Assembly (NCBI GenBank): GCA_041661645.1
Contig: JBAZUA010000001.1
Coordinates: forward strand, 1-43,617
Source of the DNA: Minisyncoccota bacterium
GTDB taxonomy: Bacteria; Patescibacteriota; Minisyncoccia; Phycocordibacterales; UBA6065
DNA: 43,617 nt
Reading direction: 5' to 3'
The notes beneath the pieces are model-generated. The model was not told the DNA's origin, made no database searches, and saw only the letters and a program-made list of their open reading frames with translations. Of this stretch, positions 15,144-24,971 are shown one piece after another (the stretch's first letter is position 1; each line of letters starts with the position of its first letter). The translations under genes were made by a program, and so were the position numbers.

Positions 15144-16271
15144 ATGCAAGGGAACCCAATCAAAATACACTTGCCAGACTCGAAAAGTGAGGTAATCGTT
15201 ACCGTGGCTTTCGCCTACGGCTTCCTGAGCGAACCGACGACATCGTTTGGCATGGGGCACCTGGCAGAGCACTGTCTCTGCGCCCAGATAAAAGAGAATC
15301 TCGGACTCAAGGACGCCTGGGGCCACATAGACGATAAAAGCCTCGTCATCAACATGCTTCTTGATAAGGTGGCTTACGCAAAACTCCTCGAGGACGGCAT
15401 CGTGAAGACCTTGTCCGAAATCGCCCAATCCGTGAGCGCGAAGATCTTTGACGTTGAAAAGCTCAGGATTCGCTCGGAGGTCGAGGAAAGATACAATTCG
15501 ACCTTTTCGCTTTTCTCAGAATATGTCAAAGGTAGACTCATCAAAAGCCCACGAAGGCTCGCGAGGGCGAGAGTGTGGCAGCTTAAAACCTTTCGTAAGG
15601 CAAGCCTGAGTGGTCTCAAAAAGACCTTCGACTTTATATTTTCTGCGGAACACCTTCTGTTCGTCGGCAGTTCAGGGACCGGCAAGTCTTCCTGCAATCC
15701 AGACTTAACGCCTTTTAGCCGTCTAGAAATCGCCTTCTCTAAGAAAAAACTTTTCAGGCTCCCGGCGCAAAAAGACAAGGGTGCGTTCATCATCGCCTTT
15801 CACACGCCCGGCCTCGAAGCGTCGCTCGAAAGGGGCCTCGTGACAGGATTCGTCTCGGGCGAGATATACGAGGCGTTCAGGGAGGTGGCAAGGTCTTATG
15901 GCGCGTATGATCCGTCGTATGAAATTCGCATGGAGAGAGAATATGGGATAGTGTGGTTCGGTCTTTACTCGCACGCGAAAATCCCTCGCGACATTGAGGT
16001 GTCTTTTTTCAGGGTTGTGAATTCTATTATCGGTGGAAATGATCTGGGCTCAAAGCTTAAAAAGTATAAGAGGGAAAAGTCGGCGGAGATGAAGTCCGAT
16101 TGGGTAGGTAGGGAAGAGCGGCAGGATTGGATCGTGGAGGACTACCTGGAGGGTCGGGACGCTTCTAGCCTGAAGACGGCTCTTGCGGCAATCGATGGCA
16201 TTACGGCCACAAAGGCGAGAAAGGCGGCGAGGGAGATTTTTACGCCAAAGGCTGCTTATATCTTTAGATAA
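15144..16271 (+). CDS. M16 (insulinase)-family peptidase-like protein
   Basis: Inverted zinc motif GMGHLAEH (HxxEH). Confidence 0.75.
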   Translation: MQGNPIKIHLPDSKSEVIVTVAFAYGFLSEPTTSFGMGHLAEHCLCAQIKENLGLKDAWGHIDDKSLVINMLLDKVAYAKLLEDGIVKTLSEIAQSVSAKIFDVEKLRIRSEVEERYNSTFSLFSEYVKGRLIKSPRRLARARVWQLKTFRKASLSGLKKTFDFIFSAEHLLFVGSSGTGKSSCNPDLTPFSRLEIAFSKKKLFRLPAQKDKGAFIIAFHTPGLEASLERGLVTGFVSGEIYEAFREVARSYGAYDPSYEIRMEREYGIVWFGLYSHAKIPRDIEVSFFRVVNSIIGGNDLGSKLKKYKREKSAEMKSDWVGREERQDWIVEDYLEGRDASSLKTALAAIDGITATKARKAAREIFTPKAAYIFR

Positions 16272-16327
16272 CCTTCAGCGAACGTGGTCGACGACGGGTC
16301 GATAAGGTCTGTGTCAGCCTTATCTGC

Positions 16328-17626
16328 TTACAGATAACCCCACTTTTTCAACTTCGCCTCACCCTCGTTCACGAAGTGGCTGCCGATGTCGTTGCGATAC
16401 ATCTTTTTTGGGATCACCACCTTCTCGACGATGGCATAGGCCTTCTGCTGGGCTTCCTTGACCGATGCGGCATGCGAGGTCACGTACATGACGTATCCCT
16501 GCCTGTCAGATATGTAGTATTGGTTTTCCTCGAACGATGAGAGCGAGACCTCCTCGAGATGAACATGCTCGAACTCCTCTGGGGTGAAATCCTTGAAATG
16601 TATCCTTATTCCGTAATTGTCGTGCTCCTTTGATTTTTTGGAGAACGGGAACGGGGGCACCGCAAGGAGGACGACGATACCGTAGCCCTTCTTCCACTTG
16701 ATATCGTACTGCTTGCCGGAAGCCACGGCATACAGGAACTCGCCCCAGGGCGACTGATGCAGCTCGGTCTGAAGGTGTATTATCGGCGTGCCGAAGCGGG
16801 CCGTTGCCTCGAGCGGATAGGCGCCCGTCTCGTTGACGATACAGTTAATCTCGAAATCGCCTCTAAAATCTGCCTTGATAAGCGCCGGCTTCATCTTTTC
16901 AAGGGTTTCTAGGTAGAGTTTGTTTTTCTCGTCGGTGCTGTACCAGGCGAGCGTGCCCATCTCGCTTGTCGTTGGACCGATATCGCCCGAAAGAAACCTG
17001 ACATGCTCGATGTTAAATTCGAGCGGCCCAACCCACTCTTTTCCGTTGAAATACCTGCCGACACCTATCTCGACCCCGTGCACGCGTTTGTGGAGGGTGA
17101 CGGGCTTCCTGTTCATCGGGCTGTGAAGCAGGTAGTTTCGGAGAAGCGACAAGACATCCTCGCCGTTTTTCATCTCGCCGACGTAGCTGTAGAACTTGCC
17201 GTTGCCGTTGTCGGTTTTTATGACCCACTCATCAGGATTCTCTTTGACGAACATGGCCGCATCGTCGATGTTCTCGAAGTCCCTGAGCTCAACGGTTTTC
17301 ATCCCGCATTCCTTGAACATTTTTTGACCATACTCCCGATCAATCTCGAGCTTCTCGCCCATTTCAGATCCGCCGAAAACCGTGTAGCCCTGCTTTCTCA
17401 TTCGATCCTGTATCGCGCCGTACCCAGTGTCGTCAAAGATGATGAGGCCGCTTTTGCCCACCCAGGAGAGCTCGGCTCGCCAATTCGTGACTTGGGGGAC
17501 CATGTTATCGAGATTGCACCGACTTTTCTTGTTCTCGACGAATAGTTTGACAGAGTGACCCTCTTTTATGAGGAGACGCGCGAGATTGCCCGCGTTCAAA
17601 TCTTTTGATATAAATAGGATGTTCAC
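16328..17626 (-). CDS. Stand-alone PurD-like (phosphoribosylamine-glycine ligase fold) ATP-grasp protein
   Basis: VFGGSE...LEIDREYG, VIKTD, GPTTSEMG and EATARFG motifs. It is divergent from canonical PurD and no pur genes lie nearby. Confidence 0.8.
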   Translation of the reverse strand: MNILFISKDLNAGNLARLLIKEGHSVKLFVENKKSRCNLDNMVPQVTNWRAELSWVGKSGLIIFDDTGYGAIQDRMRKQGYTVFGGSEMGEKLEIDREYGQKMFKECGMKTVELRDFENIDDAAMFVKENPDEWVIKTDNGNGKFYSYVGEMKNGEDVLSLLRNYLLHSPMNRKPVTLHKRVHGVEIGVGRYFNGKEWVGPLEFNIEHVRFLSGDIGPTTSEMGTLAWYSTDEKNKLYLETLEKMKPALIKADFRGDFEINCIVNETGAYPLEATARFGTPIIHLQTELHQSPWGEFLYAVASGKQYDIKWKKGYGIVVLLAVPPFPFSKKSKEHDNYGIRIHFKDFTPEEFEHVHLEEVSLSSFEENQYYISDRQGYVMYVTSHAASVKEAQQKAYAIVEKVVIPKKMYRNDIGSHFVNEGEAKLKKWGYL

Positions 17627-17680
17627 GGAGTATGCGGTGGTTACGCTGGTCGGTATTAAGTACTCACATTCTAAGCATTT

Positions 17681-17872
17681 ATGGACAAAAAATCAAAGGC
17701 CCTGTCTTGGGTAATCGCTCTCGCGGTCATCTCCTCGATCGGCATCACATTCTACAAGACGGTCGTCGTGAAGGACTTCGTGATGGTGGGTGCCGATGAG
17801 GGAGGGGAATCCCTGCCTGACAATGCCTCGGTGGAATTTTCCAGCACGACCGAAGAGGTCCCCGCGGAATAA
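17681..17872 (+). CDS. Small single-TM protein with an acidic tail
   Basis: Hydrophobic residues 8-25 followed by an acidic C-terminus. Confidence 0.65.
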   Translation: MDKKSKALSWVIALAVISSIGITFYKTVVVKDFVMVGADEGGESLPDNASVEFSSTTEEVPAE

Positions 17873-17878
17873 CCAGCC

Positions 17879-18265
17879 ATGCTCAACATACACATACGCA
17901 CCATTCCCGATTCCGCCCAGCGCTACAATACCGTCGCCGATTATTATAAAGAAGGCGAGCGTGAAGTTATATCCGTATCGGAGATGGGCGACTGGAGGCA
18001 CGAGATGCTGACTGCCATCCACGAGCTCGTCGAGCTGTCTCTGTGCAGGCATCGGGGCATAACAGACGAGGCCATAGACGCCTATGATCTCGAATTCAAT
18101 AAGGGCAGGGGAGAGGGCGACGCAAGCGAGCCTGGGGATAGGGAGGATGCGCCATATCACAAGGAGCACGCATTCGCCTCGTTTATCGAGAAAGAGCTGG
18201 CGCGGGAGCTTGGCGTCGAATGGGATTCCTATTCTAGGGCTTCCGACAGGCTCAATCTCAGATAA
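17879..18265 (+). CDS. Hypothetical protein with a HELVE (HExxE) motif, putatively metal-binding
   Basis: AIHELVE and EPGD...APYHKEH motifs. Confidence 0.75.
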   Translation: MLNIHIRTIPDSAQRYNTVADYYKEGEREVISVSEMGDWRHEMLTAIHELVELSLCRHRGITDEAIDAYDLEFNKGRGEGDASEPGDREDAPYHKEHAFASFIEKELARELGVEWDSYSRASDRLNLR

Positions 18266-18267
18266 AC

Positions 18268-18297
18268 TTGACTTTTATATACATATCGTGCTATAAT
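18268..18297 (+). promoter_or_regulatory. Sigma70 promoter with extended -10
   Basis: TTGACT-N18-TATAAT preceded by TGn. Confidence 0.8.
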
Positions 18298-18330
18298 ATA
18301 ACAGTACGAGTTCATTGAAAGTAGTTACCC

Positions 18331-18442
18331 GTTGCGACGTTTTAGAGGGACTTGGCCAGGCCGAGCGTCTCTAAAACGTCGCAACATCCAAAAGCATCGA
18401 CGTGTGGCTCGTTCGTACTTGGTTAACGCCAAGGCGAGTCAC
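18331..18442 (+). promoter_or_regulatory. Structured 5' leader of the EamA gene
   Basis: 17-bp perfect inverted repeat 18331-18347/18369-18385 and a second hairpin 18404-18442. Confidence 0.65.
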
Positions 18443-18462
18443 GAAGAAACAGAAAGGTCCAT

Positions 18463-19350
18463 GTGGAATTCTTCCTGAATCTCCTCCCGCCGATGCTCTG
18501 GGCAGCGTCGGTTCTCACAGACAAGATACTGGTGAAAGGGGAAGGCAAGGACTCGAAGCCGGCGGCGCTCATGGCGATCTCCGGACTCTTCAATCTCGTC
18601 TTCGGCATCGTGGTCCTCGGGCCGATGATGCTGTGGCATGGTCGGGGCGTGGAGCTGTCGGTTATGCTTCCGCTCATGGCGAACGGCATCACCTACATCA
18701 CGGCAATGATCCTGTTCCTCACGGCCTTAAACCTCGAGGAAGCGTCTCGCGTCGACCCCTGGTTCCAGACCATACCGGCATTCGGCATCATCCTGGCCTT
18801 CTCCTTCATCGGAGAAAGTCTCGAATGGTATCACGTGACGGCGATAGCGGTTCTGATGGTTGGCGGCTGGGTTCTCAAGTCGAGTGGCAAGGCGAAGGGT
18901 CAGGTGATCGTGCTCATGCTCATCGCCTCGCTCCTCCTCGCCGTCAACGACGTCGTGTTCGCAAAGTTCGGTCGCGAGCTCGATACCGTCCCGGCCATCA
19001 CCTGCGACGTCGCGGGAAAGGCGTTCTGGGGGCTTGTCCTCCTCGTCGGTCCCAAGACCCGTCAGGGCTTCGTCATCGGCATGCGGACCAAGCTCGGCCT
19101 TCAGTCGCTCTCGGAGATGTTCGCGATCGTCGCGGACTTCCTGTTCGACAGGGCAAAGCTGTTCGCGCCCGTGGCGATCGTCCAGGGACTGGCCTGCAGT
19201 CAGCCGATATTCGTCCTCGTCGGGGCGGCGCTTCTCACGAAGTTCCTCCCTCACCTGGTCTCGGAAGAGCAGGGGTCTGCCTTCTGGAAAAAACTGGCCG
19301 GCATCGCCCTCATCGTCATCGGTGGGGCGGCGCTCGGGGTAACTACGTAA
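18463..19350 (+). CDS. EamA/DMT family transporter
   Basis: About 10 TM helices in two repeats; EEASRV...GESL pattern. Confidence 0.85.
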   Translation: MEFFLNLLPPMLWAASVLTDKILVKGEGKDSKPAALMAISGLFNLVFGIVVLGPMMLWHGRGVELSVMLPLMANGITYITAMILFLTALNLEEASRVDPWFQTIPAFGIILAFSFIGESLEWYHVTAIAVLMVGGWVLKSSGKAKGQVIVLMLIASLLLAVNDVVFAKFGRELDTVPAITCDVAGKAFWGLVLLVGPKTRQGFVIGMRTKLGLQSLSEMFAIVADFLFDRAKLFAPVAIVQGLACSQPIFVLVGAALLTKFLPHLVSEEQGSAFWKKLAGIALIVIGGAALGVTT

Positions 19351-19360
19351 ATAAAATCAG

Positions 19361-19395
19361 ACCGCGCACCTGGAAACAGTGTGCGCGGTTTTTCT
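19361..19395 (+). terminator. Intrinsic terminator
   Basis: ACCGCGCAC-CTGGAAACAGT-GTGCGCGGT plus a T-run. Confidence 0.75.
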
Positions 19396-19408
19396 TTTCA
19401 TAAAGCCC

Positions 19409-19948
19409 CTATTGGTTGTTGAGCTTTTTTATTTTCTCCTCCAGATACCACTGGAAATAGCCTTTGTATTTTTCCTGAAGCTTTGGGTTTTTCCAAGCAT
19501 CCTCATCAACAATGCCACGACAATCTTTTGATCCGCAAAGGCATTTCATTGTGAAATACTCTGTGCTTTTTGGGTTTGAGGCGATGATCATCGCATAGTC
19601 ATAGAGAATCTCCTCGCCAGCCTCTATGTCTCGCATGGCTACCATGAAGTTGGATCCCTTAAATCCTGTGTTAGGCTCGCAGCTGTGATTTACATAATGC
19701 TGGGGCATCAAATCCATATCGTTCTCGTTGATAGGGCAGATAGAGAAATTCTCGGATATCTCTATCGGCTTGTCGCAATTGAAGTCATTCAAGTGGTTTT
19801 CATCATCTATATCAAAGATATAGCCACCCATGACGATGAGCGTGTCATCCTTCTTGATCGGCTTCAGCGAGAAGATCCCCTTGCCGTATCTACCCGTGTC
19901 CCTCACCTCGAGAGATGGGTTCATCCACGAATACATTCTATTTTTCAT
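19409..19948 (-). CDS. SET-domain protein-lysine methyltransferase with post-SET
   Basis: GKGIF, NHSCEPN, GEEILYDY and CLCGSKDCRG motifs. Start taken at MKNRMY. Confidence 0.92.
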   Translation of the reverse strand: MKNRMYSWMNPSLEVRDTGRYGKGIFSLKPIKKDDTLIVMGGYIFDIDDENHLNDFNCDKPIEISENFSICPINENDMDLMPQHYVNHSCEPNTGFKGSNFMVAMRDIEAGEEILYDYAMIIASNPKSTEYFTMKCLCGSKDCRGIVDEDAWKNPKLQEKYKGYFQWYLEEKIKKLNNQ

Positions 19949-20009
19949 ATGTATAAAGTCTATCACATATTCTTTGCGAACCTGCAATTGCTCTTGTATA
20001 CTTATATTC

Positions 20010-21674
20010 ATGGATCCATACCTTTGTCTGAATGCTATACCGAATGTTTTTGGAATTTTCGATACGTCAGTCGCCCCGACGCTTCTCTACTATTCATACA
20101 TACCGATAGTCTTTCTCTCGCTCTTCTTTTCAATTTTCCTCTTCGTAAAGAATAGGTCAATACAGACAGGGTCTCTACTTGCCATCGCTGTATCCTTCTC
20201 CCTTTGGATAGTCAATGAGTTAGTCCAGTGGATTGCCGTCGATGCCTGGCTCGTGCATTTCGGCTGGCAGATGTCGGCCTTGTCTCAATTAAGCCTAGTG
20301 TTCTCTATTACCTATTTCGTATACACCTTCCTTTATAACAAGGCGCCAGAATTTTCCCTCAAATTTGTCGGTTTTATAGTCCTGCTTCCTGTCCTCATCC
20401 TGCTTCCTACGGATTTCAATATGACATCCTTTGATTTAATCGAATGTCAGAGTCTGTTTGCTACGAACTTATGGCTATATATATACTATCTTCAGGTTGC
20501 CCTGACTGCCGTCTCAATATTTTTCTGTGTTAAAAAATATCGAGAACCATCAAATCCCGAGGACAAGAAGAAGGCCTTGTATATCCTTATCGGGACTTTT
20601 ATTCTTCTAGGGCTCTTCGTGACGACCAACATCCTGGGCGACGCGACCCTCGTGTACGAGTTCAACCTGGTCGGACCCCTCGGAATGGCGCTCTTTATCG
20701 CCTTCATCTCGTACATGATCGTGAGGTTCAAGGCCTTCGACGTGAAGCTCTTCAGCGCACAGATTCTCGTTGCAACCCTATTTTTCCTCGTATTTGCCAT
20801 TCTCTTCATCAGAAAGATCGAAAACATCAGAATCATCACGATCATCACCCTTGTCCTTACCGCGATATTGGGCACGGTGCTCGTGAGGAGCGTCAGGAAG
20901 GAGGTCGAGGCCCGTGAGCTCATCGAAAAGCAGCGAAACGAGCTCGAAAAGGCGAACGTTCGTCTCAAGGAGCTCGACGTCCAGAAGTCCGAGTTCGTTT
21001 CCTTCGCCACGCATCAGATTCGCAGCCCTCTGGCATCCATGCGCGGATACGCCTCCCTCATACTCGAGGGCGACACCGGTCCCGTGAACGATGCCCTCAG
21101 GAAGGTCGTCGAGACCATACTGACCTCCACCAAGACCCTCTCGTCCGTCGTCGAGGACTACCTCAACATCTCGCGCATCGAGCTCGGCACCATGAAGTAC
21201 GACCTCAGGGAGATCGATTTCAAGGACCTGGTGACGGAGGTCGTGAACGAGCAGAAGCCGAACATCGACGCCAAGGGTCTGACCTTCAGGGTGTCCGTGG
21301 ACGAGCTGGAGAAGTATCCGATCAAGGCCGACCTCGACAAGTTCAAGCAGGTGATCATGAACATCGTCGACAACTCGGTCAAGTACACGCCGAAGGGATC
21401 GCTCGAGGTGTCGCTGTCAAAGGACGCCGTCAAGGGAACCGTCACCTTCAAGGTCTCGGACACCGGCGTGGGCATAGCGCCCGACGTCATGCCAAAGCTC
21501 TTCCGCAAGTTCTCGCGCGCGAACAACGCGAGCGAGGCGAACATTCACGGCACCGGCCTCGGCCTCTACATCGCCAAGGAGATCGTCACCGCCCACGGCG
21601 GCAGGATGTGGGCCGAATCAGCAGGCGAGGGCAAGGGAAGCCAGTTCTATGTGGAGATGAGGGAGGGGAGATAA
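20010..21674 (+). CDS. Membrane sensor histidine kinase (multi-TM sensor + HisKA + HATPase)
   Basis: H-box FATHQIRSPL, N-box NIVDNSVKY and G-boxes DTGVG and GTGLGL. True start taken at MDPYL. Confidence 0.93.
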   Translation: MDPYLCLNAIPNVFGIFDTSVAPTLLYYSYIPIVFLSLFFSIFLFVKNRSIQTGSLLAIAVSFSLWIVNELVQWIAVDAWLVHFGWQMSALSQLSLVFSITYFVYTFLYNKAPEFSLKFVGFIVLLPVLILLPTDFNMTSFDLIECQSLFATNLWLYIYYLQVALTAVSIFFCVKKYREPSNPEDKKKALYILIGTFILLGLFVTTNILGDATLVYEFNLVGPLGMALFIAFISYMIVRFKAFDVKLFSAQILVATLFFLVFAILFIRKIENIRIITIITLVLTAILGTVLVRSVRKEVEARELIEKQRNELEKANVRLKELDVQKSEFVSFATHQIRSPLASMRGYASLILEGDTGPVNDALRKVVETILTSTKTLSSVVEDYLNISRIELGTMKYDLREIDFKDLVTEVVNEQKPNIDAKGLTFRVSVDELEKYPIKADLDKFKQVIMNIVDNSVKYTPKGSLEVSLSKDAVKGTVTFKVSDTGVGIAPDVMPKLFRKFSRANNASEANIHGTGLGLYIAKEIVTAHGGRMWAESAGEGKGSQFYVEMREGR

Positions 21675-21703
21675 GATAACTCAAAGTCTTCAATTACTCG
21701 AAC

Positions 21704-22528
21704 GTGATTAAACCAACTAGAGCTTTTATATCAATCTTAATCACGGAAGATTATCTACCCGGTCTTTTAGTCTTGAATGCTTCATTAAGGTCCGTAGAGA
21801 GTAAGTACTTACTGCACGTTTTATTGACTCAAAATATTTCTGAAGAAGCGATTAGTATACTGGACAAAAACTCAATTTTACACTCAATACTGCCCCAAGA
21901 GATTACCAACCCAACCAATGTAAATGTTCACCACAGGTGGTTTCCAACTTACTCCAAGTTGGCAATGTTTGGTCAAACACAGTATGAAAAAATAGTTTAT
22001 GTGGATGTCGATGTACTGGTACTTCGCAACATAGACGAGTTATTCGAATGTGCGCATATGAGTGCCACAAATGCCGGTAGCATGCTTCCGCGAAAAAAGA
22101 ATCTCAGACATTTAAATCTAAATAGCGGACTCATTGTAATCGAACCATCCGGTCTCTTGTTTAGTGACATGATTAATAAAGTAGGAAAAATAGAAAACCT
22201 AGAATCAGGCAGTGGGGACAAGCCAGTATATGGAAGCGATCAGGATTTTATAAACGCCTATTTTCCAGAATGGCCTAATCAAGAAGAGCTACATCTTGAT
22301 CATAAATATAATATGTTTCATTACCACCTTGATGAGTACAACAGGCTCTTTGGATATACGATTGAGGACGGTCTAAAACCGATAAGTGTTCTCCATTATG
22401 CAAGCCATCTTAAGCCCTGGAATATGAAAATAGACGATTTAGATAAAATCGCAAATGATCCAGATAGACACCTAGAATTAAGAGCGATCCAATTATGGAC
22501 AGAGCGATTTAATAGCATAAAGCCATGA
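21704..22528 (+). CDS. GT8 glycosyltransferase (glycogenin/galactinol-synthase-like)
   Basis: YSKL, IVYVDVD (DxD), NSGLIV, SDQDFIN and HY...KPW motifs. Confidence 0.9.
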   Translation: MIKPTRAFISILITEDYLPGLLVLNASLRSVESKYLLHVLLTQNISEEAISILDKNSILHSILPQEITNPTNVNVHHRWFPTYSKLAMFGQTQYEKIVYVDVDVLVLRNIDELFECAHMSATNAGSMLPRKKNLRHLNLNSGLIVIEPSGLLFSDMINKVGKIENLESGSGDKPVYGSDQDFINAYFPEWPNQEELHLDHKYNMFHYHLDEYNRLFGYTIEDGLKPISVLHYASHLKPWNMKIDDLDKIANDPDRHLELRAIQLWTERFNSIKP

Positions 22529-23994
22529 TTAATATACTGCTTATCGGCTGTGGATATCATGCCCGCAGAATATACGTTCCGCATCTCATGGAACAGAAGA
22601 ACGCAAGGCTCTCAGCCGTAGTCGACCTTGTTTCCCAAAGGCGAAAAATAGAGGGTTTTCTAAACGAAAAAGCAATTGTGGATATTGATTTTTATTACAC
22701 TGACAACAATCAGATATCTGACGATCTAAATCCTGAAGAAATCAAGAATTTAAATGATTTGGTAACAAAACAAAAGATAGATGCCGTTATTATTTCAACC
22801 GAACCTTTGGCACACTTCAAATATGCAAAATGGGCACTTGGGCACAATCTACACGTCCTCATGGACAAGCCAATCACCACGGAGCGTGACGTATCGACCA
22901 ACAAGGAGAAGGCGAGGAAACTGTACTCAGACTACACTAGTCTAAAAGAGCTCTATCAATCGAAATTAAAGAACAAAAGATTGGCTTTTATTCTTCAAGC
23001 ACAACGGAGACACCATGGTGGATTCTTGAAGACTAGGGATTTAATCCTTGAGGTCGCCAAAAAAACGAATTGTCCGATAACCTCCATTGAGTCATTCCAT
23101 AGTGATGGTCAGTGGAGATTTCCGAAAGAAATAATCGAGCAGACTTATCATCCGTACAATCAAGGATATGGAAAAATGTCCCATTCGGGCTACCACAGTC
23201 TCGATACGGCAGTATGGCTCGCCCAATCATCCATACTCGATCAAAGAAAGGAGTACGACAACTTCGAGCTCTATGCACAAGTCATGCGTCCAATAGATTT
23301 CTTTTCCCAACTAACACCAGAAGACTACGCAAAATTATTTCCTGGGATAGATAAAGGTGATCTGTTTTCAAGCAACCAATTAAAGGAGATGTTGGACGTG
23401 AAGGACACACATGGTGTGACCGGTGAGCTAGATGCCCATGCGCTCATCGCCCTTCGGCACGGAGAACGTACAATTACTAACATAGGCTCTCATGCTGTAC
23501 ACAACGGTTTCAGTCAGAGAAGTTGGATATCGGCAATCGGTCGTGACCTATACAAGGGCAATGGGCGTGTTCGACACGAGTCCTACATAATCGAGCAGGG
23601 TCCGTTTCAGTGTGTAATCGTTAACTCGTTCCAATCTCATGAGATATTCAAAAGCGACATCTCTCCGAATCTGGTGGGCGGGGAGTATCACTATGACATC
23701 CATGTTTTTAGAAACAGTACCCTGTTTCCAGAATATAAGGCTTACGAGCTCATTACGATGAGCGAGATAAATCAGTTGGTTGATCTTAAGTATTCTCGAG
23801 GACACCAAGAAGATGCACGTAGGAACTGTGTCGAGGAATTCATCTTGGCAATCAAGAATCAGACGCCTCCGCACCAACAAACCTCAAACTTTCTCGACCA
23901 TGAATTATCAACACACCTCCTCAGTGCCATATACGAGTCTATCGCTGACAGTGGTCAGTCTAGAGTAGTAAGAAGGAGCATCATAAATACATGA
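22525..23994 (+). CDS. Gfo/Idh/MocA family oxidoreductase
   Basis: IGCGYHA Rossmann motif, IISTEP..H, HVLMDKP and HSGYHSLD. Confidence 0.88.
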   Translation: MINILLIGCGYHARRIYVPHLMEQKNARLSAVVDLVSQRRKIEGFLNEKAIVDIDFYYTDNNQISDDLNPEEIKNLNDLVTKQKIDAVIISTEPLAHFKYAKWALGHNLHVLMDKPITTERDVSTNKEKARKLYSDYTSLKELYQSKLKNKRLAFILQAQRRHHGGFLKTRDLILEVAKKTNCPITSIESFHSDGQWRFPKEIIEQTYHPYNQGYGKMSHSGYHSLDTAVWLAQSSILDQRKEYDNFELYAQVMRPIDFFSQLTPEDYAKLFPGIDKGDLFSSNQLKEMLDVKDTHGVTGELDAHALIALRHGERTITNIGSHAVHNGFSQRSWISAIGRDLYKGNGRVRHESYIIEQGPFQCVIVNSFQSHEIFKSDISPNLVGGEYHYDIHVFRNSTLFPEYKAYELITMSEINQLVDLKYSRGHQEDARRNCVEEFILAIKNQTPPHQQTSNFLDHELSTHLLSAIYESIADSGQSRVVRRSIINT

Positions 23995-24971
23995 AAGAGA
24001 ACTATAAATCAAAGACTAATATTGTTATGACATGTTGGAACGCCCTCGATCACACTAAACTTACGTTACGGAGCATGTTCGATACTGTGCATCATCCGTT
24101 TTTTTTGACAATAGTAGATAACGGTTCCCGTGATGGAACCCAAGAATTCTTAAAAAATCTGGAGATTTCGTCGTGGTGTGAGAAAGTGGTAATGATTACC
24201 AATGAAATAAATAGGGGGATAATTGATGCAAACAACCAGGGTCAAGTGGTATCAAAGCAATATAGTTTAAAATATACATGCATCTGCAACAATGATTTAT
24301 ATTTTCAGGATAACTGGCTTTCGATTCTTGAAAATCACATGGAAAACGATCTCGACCTTGGGATCATTGGTACGCTTCGACCTGCTATTGACGTGGCTCA
24401 TCACATTCGTCATGAATCAAGCAAGGTTGTCGTGGATGGCACACCGAAAGGATATTCCATCACTGAGGAGTTGGAATATTTTCAAGGTCCGCACACTTTT
24501 ACCGAGGCGGCAAAAATGCTAATAGCCAAGAATAAGGGTGGGATCGCCATCTTGAGATGTCCACCAAACGCGGTAGTCACATGCTGCGCATTAGTCCGAA
24601 ATTCGGTATCTGATAAGATCGGCCTTTTCTCAGACACTCTCTTTGAGATGTATGGGAGCGAAGATATAGACTTCTCGTGGAGACTTCAAAAAGCTGGATA
24701 TCACTGTGGTGTTGCTAAAGATGTATACGTTCATCATTTCAGACATCGATCCATCAGCGCCTCAAACCTAGACAGAGAGAAATACCTTAGAGAAAATAAT
24801 ATAAAATTATTCAATAAATGGAAGTGTGACATATTTACTTTTTTGAAAAATGAAGAAAAGAAAGGCGTGGATATACGAAAAAATCTATCCTCAGAAGAGA
24901 ATCACGAATATTTTTTTCTGCGAAGAATACGGGAGAAGATAGATTTTATGATAGAATATCAAAATGAATAA
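23991..24971 (+). CDS. GT2 glycosyltransferase
   Basis: IVDNGSRDGT, CNND and SEDIDFSWR motifs. Confidence 0.9.
   Translation: MKENYKSKTNIVMTCWNALDHTKLTLRSMFDTVHHPFFLTIVDNGSRDGTQEFLKNLEISSWCEKVVMITNEINRGIIDANNQGQVVSKQYSLKYTCICNNDLYFQDNWLSILENHMENDLDLGIIGTLRPAIDVAHHIRHESSKVVVDGTPKGYSITEELEYFQGPHTFTEAAKMLIAKNKGGIAILRCPPNAVVTCCALVRNSVSDKIGLFSDTLFEMYGSEDIDFSWRLQKAGYHCGVAKDVYVHHFRHRSISASNLDREKYLRENNIKLFNKWKCDIFTFLKNEEKKGVDIRKNLSSEENHEYFFLRRIREKIDFMIEYQNE

Noticed and set aside
18331-18385. GTTTTAGAG resembles the start of type II-A CRISPR repeats
   Set aside because: It occurs once as one arm of an inverted repeat. There is no repeat-spacer array and no cas gene.
18402-19403. 333-aa alternate-frame ORF over the EamA gene
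   Set aside because: Arg/Gly/Pro-rich shadow frame. The EamA frame carries the real family pattern.
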